64,000 nucleotides of DNA from Marispirochaeta sp. (GTDB taxonomy: Bacteria; Spirochaetota; Spirochaetia; JC444; Marispirochaetaceae), in NCBI GenBank assembly GCA_963676835.2, contig CAXXFF010000003.1:576001-640000 (forward strand). The letters are read 5' to 3'. A program made the position numbers and the translations under genes. The notes under the pieces are model-generated. The model saw only the letters and a program-made list of their open reading frames with translations. It was not told the DNA's origin and did not search any database. Positions 9,917 to 17,874 of the stretch are shown here, in pieces (the stretch's first letter is position 1; each line of letters starts with the position of its first letter).

Positions 9917-11269
9917 TTACTCTCCTTGGCTTTTAGCAGCCTGGTTAACCTGCTGAAAATGTTCGAAATGATGAAAATAGAGGGGAATCCCCATACCTAA
10001 TAACTTATCCACCGGTCTGCAGTCCGGATGAAGGACTGTGCCGCTGGCGTTCTTTGCAACCGATGCACATCCGCCGCCGCATGCAAGCTGAAGAGAACAG
10101 TCGGCACACTGGGGAATGGAAGTTACATCCCGCTCTTCCCACTCCTCTACGGCGTCTTCGTTCATGCTCATTTCGGGATAGAATGTTCCCAGTACTTCCC
10201 CGTCTTTTCCTACGGTGGCAGTACAGGAATATACCTTGCCCGTATAATCCAGGGCCCATTCAGTTTTTGTTCCCGGGCATGAATCAAACAGGGGTTCCGG
10301 CATTTCTCCGTGTTCAAAGAGAAACTTTGAAATTGAGTAGGCCGGACGGTGAAACTCAAGAAAATCCGGGTTTTCCAGGATCATCTCATACAGATCCTCA
10401 TACATGCTTATCCTCGAATAGAGCTTTTTCTGATCTGCCTGGCAGCTGTGCAGTTCGTAGTTTCTGCCCAGCTGGGTTTTAAACAGCCGGTTGCCCGTCC
10501 AGCCCCGGTCTATGGCAAAGCGGGCCAGCTCGGGAAGGCCTGAAAGATTCTCTTTATCAATAACCGCTCTAAGGTTTATCCCGATACCCGCCGCAAGGGC
10601 TGCATCTATGCCCTTTACAATCTGATCAAAGGTTCTGCCGCCGCCATGGAGAAACCTGCGCCGATTGTGCAGATCCCCTACTCCGTCCAGGGTCACCTGA
10701 ACTTCACGGATGCGGTAACTTTTCAGCAGCGGAACATAGTTTTCCAGTTCGTAGCCGTTGGTTACAATTGCCGTATCAAGACCGCGATCTTTCGCGCCTT
10801 CAAGGAGCTCTTCAATCATGGTCCGTGAACGCTGATTCGGCATAAGAGGCTCGCCGCCGAAGATGGTTATATACTTCTGTTTTCCCGCAAGACGGCTGTC
10901 TATCCAGCTGAAAAAAGCGGAAACAATCTCTGCAGGCTTTTCGTCCTTTGAGTGTTCGTAACTTTCCTGATAACAGTAGGAACAGGCGAAGTTACAGGCA
11001 TAACTGGGAACAAAGAAAACCTGAACTTCGTCATTATCGCGGTTTTCAATAAACTCAAGATAGGACTCCCGGTATCTGCGGGTCTCTTCAGCCTCATCGA
11101 TGATATAGCCTTTTTCGATAAACTCTGCCCTGTCTTCAAGAGTACCGTTCATATACTCCTCTGCCATTTCTGCGGGAAGAATATCCGCCTGTTGTGAGAG
11201 AGGGTTGACCAGAATGTATTCGTCCTGGCCTTTCAGTTTACTTAGAATATTGTATTTAGAATTCCTCAT
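9917..11269 (-). CDS. Radical SAM/SPASM-domain protein, putative peptide maturase
   Basis: CNFACSYC (CxxxCxxC) and FGGEP. SPASM cysteines C-x12-G-x4-C ... CxxCx5Cx3C ... C. N-terminal extension of about 80 aa (MRNSKYN...). Confidence 0.92.
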   Translation of the reverse strand: MRNSKYNILSKLKGQDEYILVNPLSQQADILPAEMAEEYMNGTLEDRAEFIEKGYIIDEAEETRRYRESYLEFIENRDNDEVQVFFVPSYACNFACSYCYQESYEHSKDEKPAEIVSAFFSWIDSRLAGKQKYITIFGGEPLMPNQRSRTMIEELLEGAKDRGLDTAIVTNGYELENYVPLLKSYRIREVQVTLDGVGDLHNRRRFLHGGGRTFDQIVKGIDAALAAGIGINLRAVIDKENLSGLPELARFAIDRGWTGNRLFKTQLGRNYELHSCQADQKKLYSRISMYEDLYEMILENPDFLEFHRPAYSISKFLFEHGEMPEPLFDSCPGTKTEWALDYTGKVYSCTATVGKDGEVLGTFYPEMSMNEDAVEEWEERDVTSIPQCADCSLQLACGGGCASVAKNASGTVLHPDCRPVDKLLGMGIPLYFHHFEHFQQVNQAAKSQGE

Positions 11270-11292
11270 AGTTCCTGTCCGTGTAAAATAAA

Positions 11293-11322
11293 TCCCGAAG
11301 AGACCCGAAGGTCTCTTCGGGA
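11293..11322 (-). terminator. 13-bp hairpin with cUUCGg loop; terminator or mRNA stabiliser after the peptide gene
   Basis: Minus strand reads TCCCGAAGAGACC-TTCG-GGTCTCTTCGGGA, followed by TTTATTTT. Confidence 0.75.
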
Positions 11323-11332
11323 ACGCTGGCTC

Positions 11333-11440
11333 CTAATCGTGGCAGCCGGCGACAACTTTGGAGGTCTTGGCGCAGCACTGTGCTACAGCCTGACCGGAAG
11401 AAGGATTCTTCTTCACAAGGGAAAGCATCTTTTTCTTCAT
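11333..11440 (-). CDS. 35-aa Cys-containing peptide, putative radical SAM RiPP precursor (MKKKMLSLVKKNPSSGQAVAQCCAKTSKVVAGCHD)
   Basis: Translated by hand; below the ORF-track cutoff. AAGGAG RBS 6 nt upstream of the ATG. Basic/hydrophobic leader plus CC and GCHD core. Directly upstream of the SPASM enzyme. Confidence 0.8.
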   Translation of the reverse strand: MKKKMLSLVKKNPSSGQAVAQCCAKTSKVVAGCHD

Positions 11441-11464
11441 GCCCTGCTCCTTAAATTTATCGTA

Positions 11465-12160
11465 TCAGCCGTTCTTTCCAGGCTTGTAAGCCTGAATCGT
11501 CCAGCTGGATACTTCTATTTCGCCCTTGGGGTAAGGTTCACTTTCCTCAAGGATAGTTACATCGGTAAAACCTGCATTGGTCAAATGCTGAGTGTATTCA
11601 TCCCGGGTAACAGAACCTGCCCAGCATTCTGCCACTGCCTCCGGATCATTTTTGTATTTTTCAGGCACCGGAGCGGTTGAATAGATATCGCTCACCACAA
11701 AACGGCCGCCGGGTTTGAGAATCCGGGCAATCTCAAGCCATACCTGCTGCTTGTCATCAGCATGGTTGATGGTACAGTTGCTGATAACCAGATCAACTGA
11801 TTCATTTTCGAGCTTGATTTCTTCCAGGTTGGTTTTAATTACCCGGCCGTTTGAAACACCGAACTTCTCAAGATTCTTTGTGGCCTTTTTTATCATACCA
11901 TCGGAAATATCCACACCGATAACTTCACCGGCCGGCCCGACGGACTCCGCAAGTCTTATAAGATCATGACCCCTGCCGGAGCCGAGGTCTACACAAACCT
12001 CTCCGGCTGCAGGATCTGCATGGTTTATAGCACCGCCGCAGGAAAGACAGCAGGAGGTTTCTGCAAGTTCACTGTATCGAACGTTGATGGCAGCCGTCTG
12101 ATGGACAGACCCACTGGTTCCTGATTTTTCCACTACATTCTCCCTTGTTGTAATCGCCAT
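11465..12160 (-). CDS. arsM: ArsM/AS3MT-like arsenite SAM methyltransferase
   Basis: SAM motif VDLGSGRG, GVDIS, and LKPGGRFVVSD. N-terminal CCLSCG. Cys129 (ISNC) and Cys179 (ECWAGS) lie 50 residues apart, as in ArsM/AS3MT catalytic cysteines. Confidence 0.75.
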   Translation of the reverse strand: MAITTRENVVEKSGTSGSVHQTAAINVRYSELAETSCCLSCGGAINHADPAAGEVCVDLGSGRGHDLIRLAESVGPAGEVIGVDISDGMIKKATKNLEKFGVSNGRVIKTNLEEIKLENESVDLVISNCTINHADDKQQVWLEIARILKPGGRFVVSDIYSTAPVPEKYKNDPEAVAECWAGSVTRDEYTQHLTNAGFTDVTILEESEPYPKGEIEVSSWTIQAYKPGKNG

Positions 12161-12196
12161 ATTCCTTCTTCCTATTAGTTTAGTACTCTCTTACGC

Positions 12197-12640
12197 CTAT
12201 ACAAGACGCATAAGCAGATTAATTCCTTTTCTGACCATCTCAAGCTGATCTCCCTCAAGCTGATCGGTAAGCAGTTTTTCGCAGGCTTCTTTCTCACTCT
12301 CAAGTGCCGCCAGACACTCTTCCCCTTCGCTGCTTAAACGAAGCAGCTGGTTACGCCGGTCATGACTGTCTGACTGAACGGTGATAAAACCGCGGTTAAT
12401 CAGCTGATTGACCAGACGGCTGCCACGGGAAGGTGATACACCAATACCGGCGGCAAGGTCTTTTGAGTTCATTTCACTGGAGGAGAGAAAATAGAGACAG
12501 GAAACATCCCGGTTGGAAAGATTAAACCGGCTGCCGATACGTTCATCCAGATTGCATTTCTTTTTAAATGCGATGATCTGGTCGATTAGCCGGTCGTCCA
12601 TGGGATATTCAGTCTGGTTGCTTGCCGCAATAATTGCCAT
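12197..12640 (-). CDS. MarR-family transcriptional regulator with four Cys
   Basis: wHTH SKDLAAGIGVSPSRGSRLVNQLINRGFI and wing DRR..LLRLSSEG. Start uncertain (12646 TTG, 12640 ATG or 12601 ATG). Confidence 0.85.
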   Translation of the reverse strand: MAIIAASNQTEYPMDDRLIDQIIAFKKKCNLDERIGSRFNLSNRDVSCLYFLSSSEMNSKDLAAGIGVSPSRGSRLVNQLINRGFITVQSDSHDRRNQLLRLSSEGEECLAALESEKEACEKLLTDQLEGDQLEMVRKGINLLMRLV

Positions 12641-12660
12641 ATGCAACTATTTACTACTTT

Positions 12661-12696
12661 TATATATTTTTGTCAATATATATTTATCAATATATA
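12661..12696 (-). promoter_or_regulatory. Candidate promoter and MarR operator of the marR-arsM-peptide-rSAM operon
   Basis: Perfect TTGACA on the minus strand (12676-12671) embedded in two overlapping TATATATT-N4/6-AATATATA inverted repeats. Confidence 0.45.
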
Positions 12697-12796
12697 ATAA
12701 TTTATTTAATCAGTCGGTAAAAATCCTGTAACGTTTTGCAGTAACACATTTATTTTGTTATTTTATAATAGTGTTAATGACCACAGGAGAACCGTT

Positions 12797-13027
12797 ATGA
12801 CAAAAAATATCACCCTGAAAATTGATGAAGATTTGTTGAAACTCTGCCGCTTTGAAGCCGTTGAAAACGATAAATCTCTTTCTCAATGGGTGGCAGATGT
12901 TCTCCTTGAGCATGTAAAGGGAATAGATGAGTATCTGTACGCCCGGGAACGGGCGAGAAAACGGCTGAATGAGGGGTTTTCCCTGGGAAACAACCCGCTG
13001 CTTCGGGATGCAGCCCATGAAGGTTAA
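12797..13027 (+). CDS. Ribbon-helix-helix antitoxin (VapB-like)
   Basis: MTKNITLKIDEDLL...SLSQWV RHH pattern. AGGAG RBS. Overlaps the PIN gene. Confidence 0.8.
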   Translation: MTKNITLKIDEDLLKLCRFEAVENDKSLSQWVADVLLEHVKGIDEYLYARERARKRLNEGFSLGNNPLLRDAAHEG

Positions 13028-13436
13028 ACAGATTTTTCTGGACACGAATATACTGCTCTATGCTTATGACAATGATGCCGGAGAAAAACACCGAATTGCT
13101 GCAAAGCTGATTCTATCGGCCTGGGACGGGGAATTTCTTCCGGTAATAAGTATTCAGGTATTACAGGAGTTTCTGGTAAATCTGTTGAAAAAGGGCGTTT
13201 CGGAAAATGATGCTTTCGCAGTAGTCGCTGATTATTATACCTGGAGAATAGTTGAAAATAATCTGAATCTTTTCCGCAAAGGTCTTGCTGTGATGAATGA
13301 GTATGGCTTATCCCTCTGGGACTCCATGATTGTTGCAGCAGCCCGGCAGGCCGGCACGGAAGAACTCTGGACAGAAGATTTAAACACAGGGCAGCTTTAC
13401 GGCTCAGTTAAAGCAGTAAATCCGCTGAAGGAATAA
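13017..13436 (+). CDS. vapC: PIN-domain toxin (VapC-like)
   Basis: FLDTNILLYA, QVLQEF, SLWDSMIVAAA and LWTEDLN motifs. Confidence 0.88.
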   Translation: MKVKQIFLDTNILLYAYDNDAGEKHRIAAKLILSAWDGEFLPVISIQVLQEFLVNLLKKGVSENDAFAVVADYYTWRIVENNLNLFRKGLAVMNEYGLSLWDSMIVAAARQAGTEELWTEDLNTGQLYGSVKAVNPLKE

Positions 13437-13460
13437 AATCTACTGTTCAAAAAGCCACTG

Positions 13461-14213
13461 TCAGGCTTCTATAACCTCAATACCATGTCTTACAAGCATG
13501 CTTCGCTCCTGCTCCGGAAGACCTCCATCTGTTACAAGACGATGCACTGAGGAAAGAGGCGCTACCGGCGCCACACCGGTTTTTCCGAACTTACTCCGGT
13601 CTGCCAGAACAGTAACTTCCCCGGCGAGTTCTATAATACTTTTACGGATTTCTATCAGGTTCAGATTGAAGCCGGTTACCCCTTTATCTTCAGAAATTCC
13701 CGCGGCACCGAGAAAATACCGGTGAATATGAAAACGGCGGAGATTCTCAATTGCCAGAGCCCCGGTAACCGCCTTGTCCATAGCATTGACTGTTCCGCCG
13801 ATCATAATTACCTCAATCTGAGGTTTTTCACACAGGGCTGCTGCAACTTCGAGAGAGGTAGTAACGCAGGTAAAGCGGCGAAGAGGATCGATTGCTTTTA
13901 CCATCTCCATTACAGTGGTACCGCAGTCGAGAACAACTGTCTCGTTATCTTGAATCAGCCCGGCCGCTCTGACTCCCACTGCAGTTTTTGTACCTCCGGA
14001 ACCCGCCCTGACAAGATTCTGCCCCTGATTAATTGCAGCTACTCCTCCACGGGCGGAACGCAAAAGCCCGAGCTGTTCAAGCTCCCGTATATCCCTGCGT
14101 ATGGTAGATTCAGAGCCGTCTATGCTTGAAACCAGATCGCGGAGTTTGACAATACCACGGCTGTTTACAAATTCAAGAATTTCCTGTTGCCGTTCCATCG
14201 GTAGTTTAGACAT
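13461..14213 (-). CDS. DeoR/GlpR-family transcriptional regulator
   Basis: ERQQEIL...SESTIRRDIRELE HTH, LDCGTT and ADRSKFG. Confidence 0.92.
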   Translation of the reverse strand: MSKLPMERQQEILEFVNSRGIVKLRDLVSSIDGSESTIRRDIRELEQLGLLRSARGGVAAINQGQNLVRAGSGGTKTAVGVRAAGLIQDNETVVLDCGTTVMEMVKAIDPLRRFTCVTTSLEVAAALCEKPQIEVIMIGGTVNAMDKAVTGALAIENLRRFHIHRYFLGAAGISEDKGVTGFNLNLIEIRKSIIELAGEVTVLADRSKFGKTGVAPVAPLSSVHRLVTDGGLPEQERSMLVRHGIEVIEA

Positions 14214-14316
14214 GCTTTCTCCCTCTACTCCTATGCATCACATGAAGCAATATGACATATTTTGACTTTTTTTGCAAGTTTTTATTAACTTTTTATTCAT
14301 TATTCGCCATTCTGCT

Positions 14317-14345
14317 TTGACATTTGTCATTACATGTCATAATAT
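14317..14345 (+). promoter_or_regulatory. sigma70-type promoter with TGTCAT/ATGACA repeats (candidate DeoR operator)
   Basis: TTGACA-17 nt-TAATAT. The spacer holds two TGTCAT copies, and a reverse copy (ATGACA) lies near 14252. Confidence 0.55.
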
Positions 14346-14457
14346 TGAATCATCAATAATAATTTAAACGAATCCCTGTACATAAAGGGTATTCAGGAAT
14401 TCTGCAGCAACGCGCGCAGAGAACAACGATAATCGGTATACAGTGGAGGTATCGACC

Positions 14458-15288
14458 ATGCATGTAGGAAAAGAAATACGTTTAGCCCGTCTTCTCAATT
14501 CAAAATCAGGTAAGCTTCTGGGGATTACCATGGACCATCCCATTACCCGCGGAGTACTTCCCGGCCTGGTAAACATCCGGGAAACCATGAAGAAGGTTGT
14601 CGCAGGACGTCCCGATTCAATAACAATTCACAAAGGAATCGCCGAGCATGTTTTCCCACCCTATGCGGGAAAGGTTGCCATGATTTTCAAATCCACCGCC
14701 TATAACATTCCCTACCACCCTGAATTTGACACCCCTGTAGCGGATGTGGAAGAAGCAGTTCGGATGGGAGCGGATGCAATCTCTGTAGGATGCATTGTGG
14801 GCGGTCCGGAACAGAAGGAACAGATTACCCAGCTTGGACGGATCAGCAAGGAAGCACTTGGTGCAGGTATGCCTCTGGTTGCCCATATCTATCCCAAGGG
14901 CAGCATGATCGAGGATCCAAACTCTGCTGAAAACCTTGCATATGCGGTTCGTGTTGGCGCTGAACTTGGCGTTGATCTTATCAAAACCCTCTGGAGCGGA
15001 TCTGCGGAAAGCTTTCAGAAAGTAGTTGAAGCATGCCCCACTAGGGTTGCCCTGGCAGGAGGAGCCGCCGGAAACAGCCTTGAGGACTACTTTAAAATGA
15101 CAAGGGATGCTCTGGATATCGGCCTGGCCGGTGTTACCTACGGACGTTTTGTCTGGGAAGACCCCAAGCCTGCAGCGGTTATCCGCGCCCTGGCTGCTAT
15201 TATGCATGACGGAGCCAGCGTAGAGAAAGGTGTTGAAATCTATAATTCCACCCCAGCAGACTACGACGCAGACAACGAGGAGGCATAA
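14458..15288 (+). CDS. DhnA/LsrF-type class I aldolase
   Basis: MDHP, VEEAVRMGADA, AHIYPKG, GAELGVDLIKT (Schiff-base Lys) and YGRFVW. GGAGG RBS. Confidence 0.88.
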   Translation: MHVGKEIRLARLLNSKSGKLLGITMDHPITRGVLPGLVNIRETMKKVVAGRPDSITIHKGIAEHVFPPYAGKVAMIFKSTAYNIPYHPEFDTPVADVEEAVRMGADAISVGCIVGGPEQKEQITQLGRISKEALGAGMPLVAHIYPKGSMIEDPNSAENLAYAVRVGAELGVDLIKTLWSGSAESFQKVVEACPTRVALAGGAAGNSLEDYFKMTRDALDIGLAGVTYGRFVWEDPKPAAVIRALAAIMHDGASVEKGVEIYNSTPADYDADNEEA

Positions 15289-15291
15289 GCC

Positions 15292-16332
15292 ATGCTTGCC
15301 GCTCAGCTGAGAGCACCAAACGATATGGCAGTCACCGAAGTCCCCATGCCCAAAGCTGGGGACGGTGAGTTTGTCATGAAAGTAAAGGCCGCCAGTATCT
15401 GCGGAACCGATGTCCGCATCTACCGGGGAAAAAAGACAAAAGGTATTCGCTACCCTTCTACCATCGGGCATGAGTTTGCCGGAGAAATTGTAGAAGTAGG
15501 CAGCGGAGTGACCGGCTTTGCAGTGGGAGACAGGGTCAGTGTTGATCCGGTTATTCCCTGCCACGGCTGCGCCTACTGCCTTAAGGGCATGGAAAATGTA
15601 TGTGCCAACCGCACTGCCATAGGATATGAGTATGAGGGAGCATTTGCCGAATATATTCTTATTCCTAAACCGGCAGTTGAAGGCGGCCATGTCTATAAAA
15701 TACCCGAAGGAGTTTCCTGGGGAGCCGCTGCTCTTGCAGAACCCCTTGCCTGCTGTATAAACGGCCAGGAAAAGGTTAATATTCAGATGGGAGACACCGT
15801 TGTAGTTATCGGCACCGGCCCCATCGGGCTCATGCATGTAAAGCTTGCCAAAGCAAAGGGTGCAGGGAAGGTAATCGTCAGTGAACTGCACGATCACCGG
15901 CGACAGACTGCCCTGGACTGCGGTGCAGATATAGCCGTGAACCCAGAAAAAGAAGAGCTTGCGGCTATAGTAAAGAATGCAACCGCAGGAATTGGAGCCG
16001 ATGTGGTAATAATGGCAATTGGAATCCCTGCTCTCGTCAAACCTGCCATAGACCTGGCCCGTAAGGGCGGAAGGGTCAGTCTCTTTGCAGGATTTACCGC
16101 GGGAGTATCAGCAGAAATAGACCCTAATATTATCCATTACAATGAACTTATTGTAACCGGAGCCAGTGCGCTTAAACGATCGGACTATGCGACTGCAGTA
16201 CAGATGGTTGCAAAAAAAGAGTTCGGCGCAGATCAGCTGATCTCCCATGAATTTCCTTTACAGGAAATAAACAAGGCTTTTGAAATAGCCGAAGCAGGAA
16301 CTTCCAGTATCAAGGTGATGATCACACCGTGA
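15292..16332 (+). CDS. Zn-dependent polyol (sorbitol/iditol-type) dehydrogenase
   Basis: CGTD, GHEFAG, structural CxxCxxCx7C, EPLAC and GTGPIG. Confidence 0.9.
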   Translation: MLAAQLRAPNDMAVTEVPMPKAGDGEFVMKVKAASICGTDVRIYRGKKTKGIRYPSTIGHEFAGEIVEVGSGVTGFAVGDRVSVDPVIPCHGCAYCLKGMENVCANRTAIGYEYEGAFAEYILIPKPAVEGGHVYKIPEGVSWGAAALAEPLACCINGQEKVNIQMGDTVVVIGTGPIGLMHVKLAKAKGAGKVIVSELHDHRRQTALDCGADIAVNPEKEELAAIVKNATAGIGADVVIMAIGIPALVKPAIDLARKGGRVSLFAGFTAGVSAEIDPNIIHYNELIVTGASALKRSDYATAVQMVAKKEFGADQLISHEFPLQEINKAFEIAEAGTSSIKVMITP

Positions 16333-17843
16333 CAGAGGTTCTGGTAGGAATTGATGCCGGCACATCCGGCGTAAAAGTTACCGCATTTTCACCGGACGGG
16401 ACGCTGCTTCACAGAGAGCAGCGTCCTGCCTCGGTTATTCACCCCTCACTGGACAGAGCAGAGCTGAACCTCGAACTTTACTGGGACAGCATCTGTGACG
16501 CTCTGCGTTCTACCTGCAGACAGTTCCCTGCTGTTGCCGGTGTGGGAATAGCAACAACAACTCCTACCACTATTCTTTTTGATAAAGACCTTAATCCCCT
16601 GGGTAACGGCATCCTGTATATGGACAACCGGGCTACCGGAGAACTGCAGGAAGTGGAGAAAATCTACGGCGGCAGAGGTGCATACTTTCTCCGTATGGGA
16701 AACCGTCTCAGCGTTTCCACCTGTGCTGCAGTAAATTTGCGCTGGCTTCAGCAGAATGAACCGGAACGCTGGAAGGCTGCATCCCACGCTGGTTATCTGA
16801 ACTCCTTTATAGCAGCAAAGCTTACCGGGCAGGCAGCTGTTGATTACACAACAGCATCCTACTCCGGCCTCTATCCCCTTACAGAGTCAGGTTCCGACTG
16901 GGATCAGGAGCTTCTGGAAGTATTCGGACTGGATAAAGGTAAAATGCTCCCCCTGCTATCAGCCGCTGAAAAAGTAGGAACGGTGAAGAGTGAAGCAGCC
17001 CAGTCCACCGGACTGCCTGAAGGTACGCCGGTTGCTGCAGGTTCCGCTGACACCGCCGCAGCGGCTTTCGCCCTGGGGCAGAACCAGAGCGGCGACGCCT
17101 TTGAGTCTGCCGGAACATCCGGGGTGATCAGCTTTGTTCTGGATAAACCCAACTTCAATGCCGCCTTTATGAACCGCCGGCATATAGTTGAGAACCGCTG
17201 GCTTGCCCATGGAGCCATGAGTATGTCCGGAGGATCCCTGTTCTGGGCTATCAACAATGTCTGGCCGGAGCTTAAATCTGTAGAAAACCTGGAAAAAGAG
17301 GCGGCAAAATCAACACCCGGATCGAAGGGTATTCTGTTTCTGCCCTACCTTGCGGGAGAGCGGAGTCCCATCTGGAACCCCGATGCATGCGGCAACTGGT
17401 TCGGCATGACCCGCACTACCGAACGGAGAGATATGATCCGTGCCGTTTTTGAAGCTTCAGCGTATGCAATGCTTCAGCTGGTGGAAGAGGCGGAAAAAAG
17501 CTGGAAATGGAGGCCCACCTCTTTGGTTGGTGTCGGCGGCGGAGTAAAGAGCAGCCTCTGGAACCGCATCAAGGCAGATGTGCTTAACATGGAGTACTCT
17601 GCCTGTGAAAACAGCGATGCCGCCGCCCTGGGGGCAGCCCTTATGGGAGGCACCGCGGCGGGAGTTTTTAAAGGAAGCGACGATCCTGCACTGCCGAAAC
17701 TGACGGATAATCTTGACTCAATCCTGCCCGACGAGAAAACCTTTGATACCTATATCAAAATGTATCAGATATACTCCTCACTCTATCCCAGGCTGGAATC
17801 TTCCATGAGAACCCTCGCCGGCATTCGCCGTCAGCAGGAATAA
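16329..17843 (+). CDS. FGGY-family carbohydrate kinase (xylulokinase-like)
   Basis: GIDAGTSGVK, DNRA, GSADT, PYLAGERSPIW and GGGVKS. Confidence 0.9.
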   Translation: MTEVLVGIDAGTSGVKVTAFSPDGTLLHREQRPASVIHPSLDRAELNLELYWDSICDALRSTCRQFPAVAGVGIATTTPTTILFDKDLNPLGNGILYMDNRATGELQEVEKIYGGRGAYFLRMGNRLSVSTCAAVNLRWLQQNEPERWKAASHAGYLNSFIAAKLTGQAAVDYTTASYSGLYPLTESGSDWDQELLEVFGLDKGKMLPLLSAAEKVGTVKSEAAQSTGLPEGTPVAAGSADTAAAAFALGQNQSGDAFESAGTSGVISFVLDKPNFNAAFMNRRHIVENRWLAHGAMSMSGGSLFWAINNVWPELKSVENLEKEAAKSTPGSKGILFLPYLAGERSPIWNPDACGNWFGMTRTTERRDMIRAVFEASAYAMLQLVEEAEKSWKWRPTSLVGVGGGVKSSLWNRIKADVLNMEYSACENSDAAALGAALMGGTAAGVFKGSDDPALPKLTDNLDSILPDEKTFDTYIKMYQIYSSLYPRLESSMRTLAGIRRQQE

Positions 17844-17874
17844 TCTCTTCCGGACCTCGATTTACAGATTCAGT

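Noticed and set aside
11339..11680. 113-aa plus-strand ORF over the peptide/arsM junction
   Set aside because: No RBS or motifs. It is antisense to arsM and to the better-supported peptide ORF.
9917..12160. Arsinothricin (ArsL) or arsenosugar (ArsS) biosynthesis assignment
   Set aside because: The radical SAM protein has a full SPASM cysteine set and an adjacent peptide gene, fitting a peptide maturase better. An HMM search would be needed to exclude this fully.
14617..15897. 426-aa antisense ORF (similar long shadows at 19698-20480, 29089-30195, 50205-51104, 58740-59651)
   Set aside because: Each lies opposite a well-supported gene and has no recognisable motifs; typical antisense shadow frames.
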